Shown here piece after piece: positions 25,929 to 37,212 of a stretch of 64,000 nucleotides of DNA. This DNA comes from a virus (taxonomy: Duplodnaviria; Caudoviricetes). Numbering within the stretch: the first letter of the stretch is position 1; the number at the start of each line of letters is the position of its first letter. Where the stretch lies: positions 1-64,000 of the IMG/VR virus record IMGVR_UViG_3300028797_000005; one strand, written 5' to 3'. The position numbers were made by a program, and so were the translations under genes. The notes under the pieces are model-generated. The model made no database searches and had not been told where the DNA came from. It was given only the letters and a program-made list of their open reading frames with translations.

Positions 25929-28490
25929 CTAGTATTGAATATTATTTCCATTTGCTACTGTAACTGCCGCGGCAACAGCATTATCAATTTCAGTATTGGT
26001 AAGAGCTGAAACAAGACCATCTACGTAAGCTTTATTTGCGACGTCTGTATTGTTGGTTGGTGTAACTACATTTTGAATAGTTACTCCACTGCTCCCCTGT
26101 GAAGAAATTAAAACACCATATGTATTTACCGCAACTGTTGAAACAGAATCACCTTGAGAAATCATTTCAAGAGTAGCTATATCAGAACTAATAAAGACGC
26201 TTCCTTGTACACTGGCATTATTATTTATACTTGTTAATAGTACTCCATCGCCACCCGAATTGTAAATATGAGATTCATAATTGCCATCTATTATATTAAC
26301 ATCGACTTTACCAGAAATATCTACAGCCGCAGTTGATTTGCATACAAAATAATAATATGAACTACTATATATAAAAGTAACAGTTTCTCCTGCATCCCAT
26401 AATAATGTATTGCTTGAAGAAGTTGCCGCATTATTATAATAAATTGTTTTTGCTCCAGTACTATTTACATTTAATGTAATGGCCGATCCAGTTACTGTAT
26501 TAGCTGTACTAAATGTTATAGATACTAATGATCCAGGCGTAAGCACATAGTTATCAATAGTTGATGTTTTAGCAGCAGTAGTTGCTACAGTAGAAGAAGT
26601 ACCATACCAAGTATTTGCTCCTCTAGGTGGTACGAGAGCTCCTGGAGAAATAGCAGTTATATACCTATAACCTGAACCATCATACATAAAATACAGCATA
26701 GAATTAGCCGACCACTTTAATACATTTGTCGTAGCATTCGGCGTGTCAGATCCGAGATGGATGTTTTTAGCACCAGTACTATTAACATTTAGTGTTGGCG
26801 TTGCTGCGGTATTTGCTGTTGAAAAAAGAATTCCAATAATAGATCCCGCCTGTAATGTATAACCAGAACAAGTTACAACCTTAGCTGCTGTACTATTTGT
26901 TGTACTACTAGTTCCATACCACACCATCTGCGATGCTTTACCATTCCAATTAGTAATATCACTAGCGCTAATGCCATGCGCTGCAGAAGCCGTAAATACT
27001 GGATCAGTTTCAGTATAACTAGTAAGATAAGTACCGCTTAAATCTGGAATATCTGCTGCAACCAATGCTCTAAAACTTGGTGCAGCCGCAGTTGTCCCAG
27101 AACTTGGACCAGCTAAGACATAATGTGGCGTTTTAGTCCCATAAGGATTTTTAGTATCGCCATAAGCGTCAGCGAGCGAAATAGTTGTGTTCAAGGAAGC
27201 TGTCTGTTCGGTTGAAGTGCTTGACTGAACAGGAGAAGTGGCTTGAACTCTAACAGAAGTAACTGTACCTGTGTTAGAAGTCTTTCCATTCCAATTTGTA
27301 ATATCGCTTGAAGAAATACCAGCCGCTGCAGACGCACTAAATACAGGATCTGTTTCAGTATATGAAGCTTTAGTCTTACATATAAAATAATATCCAGTAC
27401 CATCATACATAAATGTTACTGTTTCATTAGCGTCCCATAATAAGGTATTAGTTGAAGAAGTTACAGCGTTATTAGCATAGACATCTTTTGCACCAGTGCT
27501 ATTAATATTAAGTGTAATCTTTCCACTTTTATATGTATTGGCTGCGCTAAAAGTAATACTAATTAATGAACCTTTTGTTAATACATAATTATCAATAGTA
27601 GAAGTTTTAGCTTGTGTTGATGCACCGGTAGAGCTCGTGCCATACCAGGTATTTGCCCCACGAGAAGGTACTACATCTCCAGCTGATATTGAAGTAATAT
27701 ATCTATAATATGTACCATCGTACATAAAATAAATCATAGTATTAGTTGACCATTTTAATACGTTTGTTGTACTATTTGGTGTAGAGTTTCCAACATAAAT
27801 ACTCTTAGCAGTTGTACTATTAATATTTAATGTTGGTGTTGCAGCTGTATTTGCAGCAGTGAATAAAACACCGATAATAGACCCAGCTTGTAATGTATAT
27901 CCCAAACAAGATACAGCTTTTTCTGCAGTGCTTGCCGTTGTGCTACAAGTTCCACACCACAACATATAAGATGCCTTACCATTCCAATTTGTAATATCAG
28001 ATGATGTGATCCCTGCAGCGGCTGATGCGCTGAATACTGGATCAGATTCTGAAAATGCTGTTCCATAAGATGCGATATGACCTTCTGCATCAATTGTAAT
28101 TGGGTATACTGCTTGAGTTGATTGTGCAGTTACTGAATTACTATGATTGAACTCTGTACCGCTTAAGCTTAAACCGCTACCCGCTGAATACGCTGTGCCT
28201 TGTGGAATATTTACCCAAGTTCCGGCTTGTGATAAATACTTAGAGGAATTGCCAGTTCCGGTATCGAATGAAATTGATGTTCTTGCAACCTTATTGCTAT
28301 TACTAGAATCCGTAACAACTAATTTATCTCCAGTTGCTATCGCAACATCAGTGGTTTGTAGAGTACCCCCACTTTGAATATTGCCATGCGTATGATCCGG
28401 CAAACTATGGAGCGCATCTGGGTCCACCACTTTATAGGAAGTATTTCCTATAGTTAAATAATTCATATCTCCACTTGAAGTAACTGCCAT
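25929..28490 (-). CDS. tail-fibre-like protein with internal repeats
   Basis: four WYGT..AK...TLN.NSTGAK units; three E(S/T)DPVF.ASAA.GI..SDITNWNGK units. Confidence 0.75.
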   Translation of the reverse strand: MAVTSSGDMNYLTIGNTSYKVVDPDALHSLPDHTHGNIQSGGTLQTTDVAIATGDKLVVTDSSNSNKVARTSISFDTGTGNSSKYLSQAGTWVNIPQGTAYSAGSGLSLSGTEFNHSNSVTAQSTQAVYPITIDAEGHIASYGTAFSESDPVFSASAAAGITSSDITNWNGKASYMLWCGTCSTTASTAEKAVSCLGYTLQAGSIIGVLFTAANTAATPTLNINSTTAKSIYVGNSTPNSTTNVLKWSTNTMIYFMYDGTYYRYITSISAGDVVPSRGANTWYGTSSTGASTQAKTSTIDNYVLTKGSLISITFSAANTYKSGKITLNINSTGAKDVYANNAVTSSTNTLLWDANETVTFMYDGTGYYFICKTKASYTETDPVFSASAAAGISSSDITNWNGKTSNTGTVTSVRVQATSPVQSSTSTEQTASLNTTISLADAYGDTKNPYGTKTPHYVLAGPSSGTTAAAPSFRALVAADIPDLSGTYLTSYTETDPVFTASAAHGISASDITNWNGKASQMVWYGTSSTTNSTAAKVVTCSGYTLQAGSIIGILFSTANTAATPTLNVNSTGAKNIHLGSDTPNATTNVLKWSANSMLYFMYDGSGYRYITAISPGALVPPRGANTWYGTSSTVATTAAKTSTIDNYVLTPGSLVSITFSTANTVTGSAITLNVNSTGAKTIYYNNAATSSSNTLLWDAGETVTFIYSSSYYYFVCKSTAAVDISGKVDVNIIDGNYESHIYNSGGDGVLLTSINNNASVQGSVFISSDIATLEMISQGDSVSTVAVNTYGVLISSQGSSGVTIQNVVTPTNNTDVANKAYVDGLVSALTNTEIDNAVAAAVTVANGNNIQY

Positions 28491-28498
28491 TTTTCACC

Positions 28499-29926
28499 TC
28501 ATGTCATTTTCCTATAATTTGTACTTGTGCTAAACAAAGTAGACCAAGTTGAGCTGGCTTGTTCAACCCAAGTTCCATTTATCTTTTTCCAAACTTTTGT
28601 ATATTGTGTACTCCAACTGCCGCTACTCTTCCCATATAGAATCGGAGTTGAGCCACCGCCACCAATGGTAACAGCAATTGTAGCATCGCCGCTAACAGTA
28701 TAACTGTAAGTATAATATTTAGGTGGTGTATAATTAACTGTCCAAGTAATACCAAAAATATGTCCGCCATAATAGCCAACTACAAAGCGTAACTTCGCAG
28801 ATTGCAATTCATCTCTTGTCCATGTGCCAGGACTTGAAATTGTTATGGTAGTATTTGACGTACTTGTAAATTTTTGTGAAGTACTCTTTTGTGTAGTACC
28901 ACTATACAGTATTATTTCAGAATGCGCAGTTGATTCTGTTGTACTTTCTGTAGCACCATAACATTGTACAGTTACTGAGTTAATCGTTGAACCAACCGGA
29001 ATAGAACTAAAATCAAATACAAAATCAGCATAACCTGTATAATTTGTTGAGCTTCCATTTTCTTTTACGTAAGTCCAAGAACCAGAACCCGAACTTGTTG
29101 AACCAGGATTAGCCGCTGTATGTCCAACTGCATAATTGAAGTTATTACCAGTAGATGAAGATGAAGTATAGAAATTCATATTTGTGCCACCAGAAAACCC
29201 AGTTGTAAAGGAATCGGCAGTTGCTTCTATACTTTGTGCTCCAGTATGTGCAGTTAAAGTAACGGCTACCCCATTATTGGTTGCAGTTACAGTATCATTT
29301 ACATTAGTAGGATAAATAGTTAAATTATATGTTTCTCCATCGTGGTATGTAACTGCACCACTAGGCTCAATAGTACCATTACCAGTTAATGTAGTCGTTA
29401 TAGTGCGTGCAGGACTTGTACTATAAGTAACATTAATTTCAGCACCATAGATGTAGATATATGCTGCCGTTCTTGAAGAAGAACGCCTAACCGGAATACG
29501 AATAGCAAAGTTATTGCCATATCCTGACATCGTATCCCAAGTCAAATCACCAGTTGGAATTGTATATGTACCAGGAGTGCTACTACTAGTAATATCACTT
29601 TCACAAGTTGTACTTGAAATTGAAGTCCAAGAATTGCCGTTTTTATGATATAACGACATTCTATATGAAGAACCAGTAGCTTGACCGCTCGATCTAGCTT
29701 TTAACTTAACTTCAAATGCGGTAACAGTTGCTCCAGAGGGAATACTGTCAAAATTAAAATTATGTAAATATAAATAATAAGCTGTTGAGTTATTACTTCT
29801 TGTATGTTGTAAAGTAGCATAAGTAGTATTATCAGTATTATTATACATACGATCGCCATTCGTAACGCTCGTATATGAAGTACTACTTTGAGTGTAAGAA
29901 GCGGCTACTAATCTTGACGTTGCCAT
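28499..29926 (-). CDS. putative receptor-binding protein with two related beta-sandwich domains
   Basis: F.F.SIP.G.T twice; C-terminal YGK.SGSW...VWKKINGTW. Confidence 0.65.
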   Translation of the reverse strand: MATSRLVAASYTQSSTSYTSVTNGDRMYNNTDNTTYATLQHTRSNNSTAYYLYLHNFNFDSIPSGATVTAFEVKLKARSSGQATGSSYRMSLYHKNGNSWTSISSTTCESDITSSSTPGTYTIPTGDLTWDTMSGYGNNFAIRIPVRRSSSRTAAYIYIYGAEINVTYSTSPARTITTTLTGNGTIEPSGAVTYHDGETYNLTIYPTNVNDTVTATNNGVAVTLTAHTGAQSIEATADSFTTGFSGGTNMNFYTSSSSTGNNFNYAVGHTAANPGSTSSGSGSWTYVKENGSSTNYTGYADFVFDFSSIPVGSTINSVTVQCYGATESTTESTAHSEIILYSGTTQKSTSQKFTSTSNTTITISSPGTWTRDELQSAKLRFVVGYYGGHIFGITWTVNYTPPKYYTYSYTVSGDATIAVTIGGGGSTPILYGKSSGSWSTQYTKVWKKINGTWVEQASSTWSTLFSTSTNYRKMT

Positions 29927-29935
29927 CTACTCACC

Positions 29936-32386
29936 TCACGTTTGTAAATATAAGTCTCCATTATTCCCTAATGAAGAACTTGGAGCAGATGAACCTGTAT
30001 AATAATTCTGAAGCACAACACTACCACTTACGCCAAATATAGATTTTCCTGAAATAATATTACCAGCTACTAAGTTAGCATCGCCGCTAATTGTCTGAGT
30101 CCCAGTAAGATAAGTACCAGAAGCAATAGTCTGATTTGTAGTAGTTGGCGTAATTGTGGCTGCCGCCTTAGTGGTAACACTTGCAGTAAGTGTAACAGTA
30201 GCTGTACTTGCCGTTGCGCTCGAAACATAACCAGCACTAACTGTCGGCGTAGTAGTTACGCCAGTCTTGGTAAGTGTCAAGGTATTTGTACCAGTACTTA
30301 CTGTGGCGCTACTTCCGCTCAATGAAGAAGGACCGGTTGCAGAACCGTTAGCAACTGCGCTGATTGTATAATAACCACCAGCTGTATTATAGCCAGGAGG
30401 AATGTTTATATATTGTGCGGACGTAGACCTGCCAATTGTCGCCTTACTTGTATAGCCGCTCGTAGCACTTGCAGAAGCCGAAGTTGGCAAGGTCATTGTA
30501 TCTACATCTTTTGTAGTTTGTGCAGTATAATATCCGGCTGGAATCGTAACTGTCTTACCACTAGCCGTAGGTGTTGGATTAATTGTGGCAGATGCAGTAA
30601 GAGTAACTGTTGCAGTACTTGCCGTAGCTGAAGCAACATAGCCAGCAGATACTGTTGGAGTTGTACTAACACCTGTCTTAGTCAATGTAATCGTACCGGT
30701 TCCTGTTGAGATTGTAGCGCTGCTTCCGCTCAATGAAGAAGGACCCGTTGCAGATCCAGAAGTAACTGATTTAGTTGCTTGTTCAGCATAATAGCCTGCA
30801 GGAGCAGTAACTGTCGCTCCACTCGCACTTAAATCAGTTGAATCATTTCTATCAATTCCAGAGCCGACATAGGTACTTGAAATTGCTTCTACTACAACTG
30901 GTTTATATCCGTCAACACTTGAGCTATTATAAGTCTGTTCTGATTCTGTCGGCGTTACTGTTAATGAATCGATCACGGCACCAGCACCAGAATAGCTGCC
31001 AGTAACACCGAAAATTGATACACCATTCTTAATATTACCGGCCACGAGATTAGCATCTCCTAAAATTGTTTGAGTACCAACTAAATATATCCCAGAATTA
31101 ATTGTCTGATCGGTCGTTGTAGGAGTAATTGTTGCCGCTGTCTTTGTAAAAATGGAACTTGTAAGAGAAACCCTCGCGGTTGTTGCTGTACCACTACTAA
31201 TATATCCTGCTGTAGTAACAACTGGCGTTATAGAAATATCACTACTAAGCGTTATAGTATCAGTGTTGATATTTTTAGCTGAATTAGAATCGCTAATAGT
31301 CGCTGGAGCAGTAACACTACCGCTTGGCATAGCTTCGACTATGACTGGTTTATAACCGTCTACGCTTGAACTATTGAAAGTCTGCTCAGATGTAGAAGGA
31401 GTTACTGTTAAGGAACTGATAGTAGGACTTCCACCGCCGCCGGAATAATTACCAGTTACTCCGAAAATTGATACGCCATTTTTGATGTTGCCAGCGACTA
31501 AATTGGCATCTCCCGAAATTGTCTGAGCGCCAGTTAAATAAGTTCCACTTGCAATACTTTGATTCGTAGTAGTTGGAGTGATCGTTGCAGCCCCTTTAGT
31601 TGTCACAGAGGCCGTAAGTGAAACGCTTGAATTACCAGCTGTACCACTACTAATATAGCCCGCCGTAACGCTCGGCGTGACTGATATAGTTTTGCTCAAT
31701 GTAAGAGTATTCGTTCCAGTGCTTACAGTTGCACTCGAACCACTAATTGTGGCTGGCGCAGTTGCAGAACCATTAGCTACTGCATTAATTTTATAATAAG
31801 CTCCTGCTGAATTATATCCAATAGGAATGTTAATATATTGGTCTGAAGTACTTCTACTAACTGTAGCTTTACTTGTATAACCACTAGTAGCACTTGCTGC
31901 TGTGCTAGTTGGTAAAGTCATTCCAGGCATCGCCGTTACAGTAACGGTTCCTAAACCACTATACCCAGAATCTGCAGTAATGCTCTGTTCAGAAGTAGAA
32001 GGATTAACAGTTTTATCTTGATTATTAATTGTACTACCTACACTAACAGTTACACTATTAATTAATGTAGTATCATATGTATTATTACTAGTATAAGTTG
32101 CTGAAGTCTGCGCGGTCAAAGCACCGCTATGGACTACTTTTCCTTCGTCGGCAGCTACATATGAATTAGGAACTGCCACAGCCGCACTAGCATATTGCGT
32201 AACATTATAAGTACCATTAGCGGAGATATTAATGGTCCCGGTTGGTGTAATGCCGCCACCTCCGCTAATGGATAAAATCGCTGCTGCCATCTCTGATGGA
32301 TAATAATCTTCAGATAGGCCAGTCTTTGTTCTAATGGCATCAGCAATATCTTCTAAGTATTGTTCAGTAATTGCTACTTTTGCCAT
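29936..32386 (-). CDS. tail-fibre-like protein with internal repeats
   Basis: three TITPTTT.Q.I.SG.YL.G.QTI.GDANLVAGNI..G.SIFGV units. Confidence 0.75.
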   Translation of the reverse strand: MAKVAITEQYLEDIADAIRTKTGLSEDYYPSEMAAAILSISGGGGITPTGTINISANGTYNVTQYASAAVAVPNSYVAADEGKVVHSGALTAQTSATYTSNNTYDTTLINSVTVSVGSTINNQDKTVNPSTSEQSITADSGYSGLGTVTVTAMPGMTLPTSTAASATSGYTSKATVSRSTSDQYINIPIGYNSAGAYYKINAVANGSATAPATISGSSATVSTGTNTLTLSKTISVTPSVTAGYISSGTAGNSSVSLTASVTTKGAATITPTTTNQSIASGTYLTGAQTISGDANLVAGNIKNGVSIFGVTGNYSGGGGSPTISSLTVTPSTSEQTFNSSSVDGYKPVIVEAMPSGSVTAPATISDSNSAKNINTDTITLSSDISITPVVTTAGYISSGTATTARVSLTSSIFTKTAATITPTTTDQTINSGIYLVGTQTILGDANLVAGNIKNGVSIFGVTGSYSGAGAVIDSLTVTPTESEQTYNSSSVDGYKPVVVEAISSTYVGSGIDRNDSTDLSASGATVTAPAGYYAEQATKSVTSGSATGPSSLSGSSATISTGTGTITLTKTGVSTTPTVSAGYVASATASTATVTLTASATINPTPTASGKTVTIPAGYYTAQTTKDVDTMTLPTSASASATSGYTSKATIGRSTSAQYINIPPGYNTAGGYYTISAVANGSATGPSSLSGSSATVSTGTNTLTLTKTGVTTTPTVSAGYVSSATASTATVTLTASVTTKAAATITPTTTNQTIASGTYLTGTQTISGDANLVAGNIISGKSIFGVSGSVVLQNYYTGSSAPSSSLGNNGDLYLQT

Positions 32387-32387
32387 T

Positions 32388-32642
32388 TTAATACTCCGTT
32401 ATATCAGCGTCGGCGAGTGTGCCGACATTTAAAATAACTTCTTTATCTGTAGCATCATATGTTGCTGTAATTGAGGCATATGAACTGATGACGCCATTTG
32501 CATCAATCGAAATCCCATCGCCACCTGCCTTTACGCCACCCACATTAGATGCGGTGGCAATTCCATGAAGTGCATTGGCATCTTCTACTTCATATATAAC
32601 ATTGTTATATTTAATTTTATCAAATACAGGGTTCGGCATCAT
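32388..32642 (-). CDS. small fibre adaptor-like protein
   Basis: shared N- and C-terminal motifs with neighbours. Confidence 0.6.
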   Translation of the reverse strand: MMPNPVFDKIKYNNVIYEVEDANALHGIATASNVGGVKAGGDGISIDANGVISSYASITATYDATDKEVILNVGTLADADITEY

Positions 32643-32650
32643 TCACCTCA

Positions 32651-34513
32651 TTAACTTAGACTATGTGTATGACCATTATCGGTTACATTATGAGTCTTAC
32701 TTGTGACAACTGTAGTTGCATCTGTATCTTTAATAGGTACTGTTGTATCAGCATCTGCTCTAATCGGAACAGTAACATCAGTAAATGACCAAGTAGATGC
32801 ACTACCAGCTGATGTAACATTTGGAATGAAGGTTGCATCATCAGCCCTGATAGGAACGGTAACATCAGAGAAGCTCCATGTTGAAGCACTACCAGCTGAT
32901 GTAACATTTGGAATACTTGTAGCGTCATCTGCTCTAATTGGAACGGTAACATCAGAGAAGCTCCATGTTGAAGCTGAACCGGCAGAAGTTACATTCGGAA
33001 TACTTGTTGCACTATCAGCGCGAATTGGAACAGTAATGTCTGTAAAACTCCAAGTAGATGCGCTGCCCGCATCCGTTACATTAGGAATACTAGTTGCATC
33101 ATCTGCACGAATTGGAACAGTAACATCTGTAAAGCTCCAAGTAGGTGCTGTGCCATTTGAACCACTCGCTGCACTTGCGGTAGTAGTTGAACTTGTACCA
33201 GTCTTAACGCCTCTAACAGTTGTTGAACCACTAACACCAGTAACACTCGTTGTATTTTCTTGAACACCATAAATACTAATTGCAGTACCAAGAGTAGGTG
33301 CTGTATGAGTGTGAGTATCAGTACCATGAGTAGCTGGAGAAAAACTAATATTTAACTGCTTCGTATCAGTGCTATCCATGGTCATTGATAAACTGCCGCC
33401 TGTAAAAGCGCCTTGGGTAAAACTACCAGAACCTGCCGCTGTTACATTTGGAATACTAGTAGCATTAGTATTTCTAATAGGAACAGTTGTAGCACTTGAC
33501 GCGGCTGTCGGTACTGTTGTATCAGCATCCGCTCTAATTGGAACAGTTACGCTTGAAAAGCTCCAGGTAGAAGCTGTTCCATTAGAACCACTTGCTTTAC
33601 TTGCTGTAGTTGTACTATTAGTTCCAGACTTAACGCCATAAATGCTAATAGGAGTTCCTAATGTTGGAGCTGTTCCATTAGCTCCGCTTGCTTTTGAAGC
33701 AGTTGTTGTACTATTAGTGCCAGATTTTACTCCGTAAATACTAATTGGAGTACCTAAAGTTGGTGCTGTACCATTTGCACCGCTAGCCTTAGAAGCTGTG
33801 GTTGTACTATTCGTACCAGACTTAACTCCGTATATAGAAATCGGTGTTCCCAATGTTGGCGCAGTTCCATTTGCACCACTAGCTTTACTTGCAGTTGTAG
33901 TGCTATTTGTCCCAGACTTAACACCATATATAGAAATTGGAGTCCCAAGTGTAGGAGCAGTTCCATTGCCACCACTAGCCTTGCTGGCCGTAGTTGTGGA
34001 ATTTTCTCCAGTCTTGACTCCTCTAACTGAAGTAGTACTAGCTTGAACACCAGTAATTGATCCAGTACTATGGTCAGCTATTGAAATGCCAGTTGTATTA
34101 CTTGCCGCGGAAGTTGGAATACTTACCGCTGAGCCATAAGCTGAAATATGGCCATTCTTATCTATTTTAATTGGATAAACAGCTTGAGTAGTTTGTGCAC
34201 TAGTAAGAACATTACTATGTCCTACTGTAATTGTCCCGCTAGTTGTAATAGGACTTCCGCTAACTGTTAAGCCGCCATCTGTTGCATTACTAACTCCAAC
34301 ACTTGTAACTGTGCCGCTGCTGAATCCTGAAATTGCCGCCTGAACAAATGCAGTAGTAGCAATTTGTGTAGTGTCTGTACCACTAGCGGCCGTCGGTGCA
34401 GTTGGAGTACCAGTTAAAGCAGGTGAAGCAAGAGGCGCATATCCACTAGTATTGTCCACTATATCATAGGTTGTTCCTTCAACCGTTAATGATTGTATTT
34501 GCGGATTTGGCAT
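32651..34513 (-). CDS. needle-like fibre protein with mirrored repeats and HxH motifs
   Basis: PALTGTPTAPTA..QIATTAFV shaft motif; 32-aa and 29-aa tandem repeats. Confidence 0.75.
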   Translation of the reverse strand: MPNPQIQSLTVEGTTYDIVDNTSGYAPLASPALTGTPTAPTAASGTDTTQIATTAFVQAAISGFSSGTVTSVGVSNATDGGLTVSGSPITTSGTITVGHSNVLTSAQTTQAVYPIKIDKNGHISAYGSAVSIPTSAASNTTGISIADHSTGSITGVQASTTSVRGVKTGENSTTTASKASGGNGTAPTLGTPISIYGVKSGTNSTTTASKASGANGTAPTLGTPISIYGVKSGTNSTTTASKASGANGTAPTLGTPISIYGVKSGTNSTTTASKASGANGTAPTLGTPISIYGVKSGTNSTTTASKASGSNGTASTWSFSSVTVPIRADADTTVPTAASSATTVPIRNTNATSIPNVTAAGSGSFTQGAFTGGSLSMTMDSTDTKQLNISFSPATHGTDTHTHTAPTLGTAISIYGVQENTTSVTGVSGSTTVRGVKTGTSSTTTASAASGSNGTAPTWSFTDVTVPIRADDATSIPNVTDAGSASTWSFTDITVPIRADSATSIPNVTSAGSASTWSFSDVTVPIRADDATSIPNVTSAGSASTWSFSDVTVPIRADDATFIPNVTSAGSASTWSFTDVTVPIRADADTTVPIKDTDATTVVTSKTHNVTDNGHTHSLS

Positions 34514-34523
34514 TATTCACCTC

Positions 34524-35327
34524 CTATGTTGTTGGGAAAAATTCACTATCAATTAAATCAATTAAATCATCATATCTTTGACGCATACAAGATTGAGCAT
34601 CCATTCTATATAATTGCATTTTAATTGTCCAATATGTATTATCTATATCAATATCACCATATCTAGTAGTATCAAAGTATGACGTACTACATCTTGTATA
34701 TAAAATTGGCGTTTTAGGCGTAATGGTAGGACTGGCTGCGCTTGTACTTGAAAGCGCTGGAGTCGGAACGCCGCTATAAAAACCATAAGAAGATGACCAA
34801 GTATAAGTTAGTTTACTACTTGTATTATAATATTGCATCCAGGCTAATGCGGCAGCATTTGTGTAAACATTAGCGTCATCATCTTTAGCTTGAATATTAG
34901 CTAAGCTACTAGGGCGTCTCATAATCTGTTGATCAAATACATTTATTTGTAAAACAGGTAACGCTGTTAAAGTCGCTGTTTCTTTATGAGCTACATGAGA
35001 GGTTACAATCCAACGAATTAAATAAGAATATTGTGCTAAATCTGTTGCTGTAAAAGTTGTAATAGATGCTGATGATCTAAGTGATTTAGCTGTTGTTGAC
35101 GCTGTCCAAGAGCTATATGTCGAACTTGATAAGTTATATGTTAAACTATAATAATTATCATTTAAACAAGTAACATTACTACCCATCCAATCATACGCAC
35201 CGCCAGGAATTGCTGTAATCGCGGCCGCCATATCATTAGGCGCATATCCTATGGTGGTTCCGCTTTTTGATCTAATGGCATTAGCAATATTGGTCATATT
35301 GCTTCTACTAATTAATACCTCTGACAT
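34524..35327 (-). CDS. putative fibre tip protein
   Basis: IANAIRSKSG...PNDMAAAI N-terminus. Confidence 0.65.
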   Translation of the reverse strand: MSEVLISRSNMTNIANAIRSKSGTTIGYAPNDMAAAITAIPGGAYDWMGSNVTCLNDNYYSLTYNLSSSTYSSWTASTTAKSLRSSASITTFTATDLAQYSYLIRWIVTSHVAHKETATLTALPVLQINVFDQQIMRRPSSLANIQAKDDDANVYTNAAALAWMQYYNTSSKLTYTWSSSYGFYSGVPTPALSSTSAASPTITPKTPILYTRCSTSYFDTTRYGDIDIDNTYWTIKMQLYRMDAQSCMRQRYDDLIDLIDSEFFPTT

Positions 35328-35494
35328 TAGAACTCCTCACTATCCGCATTTTCTGCGGTATCGAACACTAACTCTAAGTCTAGGGTAGCGGCTGTATAAG
35401 TGGCAGTTAATTGTTTAGCTCTTGCTGTAGCATCTTTTATATCATATATTGTACCACTTGGTAGTTGAATTTGCTCAATTGTACTATTTGGCAT
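35327..35494 (-). CDS. 55-aa fibre adaptor-like protein (MPNSTIEQIQLPSGTIYDIKD...ENADSEEF)
   Basis: read manually; AAGGAG RBS; TAATG coupling to next gene. Confidence 0.75.
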   Translation of the reverse strand: MPNSTIEQIQLPSGTIYDIKDATARAKQLTATYTAATLDLELVFDTAENADSEEF

Positions 35495-35563
35495 AATTTT
35501 TCAACTCCTTATATGAGTTAAACTTATCCGGAGATAAATCCGGATAAGTTTAACGAAAATTTA

Positions 35564-37201
35564 TTAATCAGTATCTCCACCACGGAAAACAGATACATCA
35601 GTTGAATTATTAAGAACTGTCTTCTGATCTTTACTATTCCAACTAACAGTTGTTCCAGAGGCTGCCGCACTTGCTTTGGCCTGGGTAACACCACTAATGT
35701 ATTGAACTTCATTAACATCTGTCCATTGGCTACGGTCACTACTAGTAGATAATTGAACTGTTGGTTGAGTTACTGAAGAAATACCAGTGGCAACACTAAT
35801 AACTCCTGTGCCAGCTGTCGCGCCAGTTGCAAGGCCCACAGTAGGTTGAGTAATGGTGAAAGTGGAATCTGCGCCAATAACATTGGCCGTTGTCGGACTT
35901 GAATATCCAGTAACAGCACTAAAAGTATCACCAACACTAACATCAGTAACAATATCTGCTCCACTTCCTGTAGTGGTAGTTGAACCAGTTGCTACAGTCG
36001 TTGCAGAAGATGCTGCAGTTGGAACTGTAATTGTACCAGGAGCATCTGCAGAATATGTTGTTTGCGTATCAAGTGTTGCAGCGCCAATAGTAAGTACACC
36101 ATTCGTAACACTAACACCTTTAAGCCAATCGGTATTAGTAGAGCTTGCTGTACCAGTGCCATCAGCTGTTGTCTGGGAAGTTCTTGATTGTATTACACTT
36201 GGCGTAGTGCTACCACTAACACCAGTAACTGTAGTTGTTGCTAATTTTTTCGTTGTTGGTGTAACTGATTTAACAGCACTTTCAGTACTTGGAGTACCTA
36301 ATGCAGTAATAGCCGCTTTCTGATCTTTACTATTCCAAGCCGTGCTACCGCCACTTGCAGTTGCTTTAATATTAGTAGTGGTTGGAGTAACAGCTGTTCC
36401 ACTCGCCGATGCTGTGAAAAACAGTCCTGTACTACCAGTAAGGATATCAATATCACCTGTTGATCCAGTCGATAAAGTAACTGTTGGATTACTTGCAGTT
36501 AAAGTAGAATTTGCACCAATAACATTATCAGTATATTTAACTAATGATACGTCTGTCACAACAGCTCTTAAATCAATTAAAGTATCTCCGATTTTTTCCC
36601 ATTTTTTACTACCGTCTGCTCCTACCGGAACATATTCTTCATATACATCAATGTAAGAACTTGGTGTTTGAACAATAATTTTAGTAGAACCTGTCGTTGG
36701 AGTACCATCATATTCTATTCCATATGTAGTATATAAATTAACTGGCGTAGTAGTATCAGGCGATAAATACCATGATGTACCAATATACTTAAATTCATAT
36801 AAAGTGTTAACACTATAATTGGTAGCATTAGCAAAAGTTGCTGCATTAACTTGAAGATTAGTAATTGGACCATTAGTGTCTACAATTAATTGCGGTTGTG
36901 TTCCAGATTTAACCAAATAAAACGCGCCGGCTTGTGCATGAGCACCAGCGCCTGTGGTTTCAGCTGATAAAGTACCAGTATAACTAGTATCATTATAAAT
37001 AACTGTGACGCCAGCAGGAATTTGTGCAACTTGAGGAGTACTAGCACCATCCCAAGCAATTATAAAAGATACGCCTCCAGCAACCGTCTGACTTAACGCA
37101 TCCACTACGTCTCTAATTTCTCTGTCTGCAATATAGTAAGAATTACCAGAAGGCAAAGTTATTCTTTCAATAACAGGAGTATTTACATCTGAGTATGACA
37201 T
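35564..37201 (-). CDS. tail-fibre-like protein
   Basis: T/S/G-rich; YEEY...KWEKIG; WNSKDQK twice. Confidence 0.7.
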   Translation of the reverse strand: MSYSDVNTPVIERITLPSGNSYYIADREIRDVVDALSQTVAGGVSFIIAWDGASTPQVAQIPAGVTVIYNDTSYTGTLSAETTGAGAHAQAGAFYLVKSGTQPQLIVDTNGPITNLQVNAATFANATNYSVNTLYEFKYIGTSWYLSPDTTTPVNLYTTYGIEYDGTPTTGSTKIIVQTPSSYIDVYEEYVPVGADGSKKWEKIGDTLIDLRAVVTDVSLVKYTDNVIGANSTLTASNPTVTLSTGSTGDIDILTGSTGLFFTASASGTAVTPTTTNIKATASGGSTAWNSKDQKAAITALGTPSTESAVKSVTPTTKKLATTTVTGVSGSTTPSVIQSRTSQTTADGTGTASSTNTDWLKGVSVTNGVLTIGAATLDTQTTYSADAPGTITVPTAASSATTVATGSTTTTGSGADIVTDVSVGDTFSAVTGYSSPTTANVIGADSTFTITQPTVGLATGATAGTGVISVATGISSVTQPTVQLSTSSDRSQWTDVNEVQYISGVTQAKASAAASGTTVSWNSKDQKTVLNNSTDVSVFRGGDTD

Positions 37202-37212
37202 GTTTCATCTCC

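Noticed and set aside
27191-36656. Antisense and alternate-frame ORFs within fibre genes
   Set aside because: Shadows of repetitive Thr/Ser/Ala-rich coding sequence.
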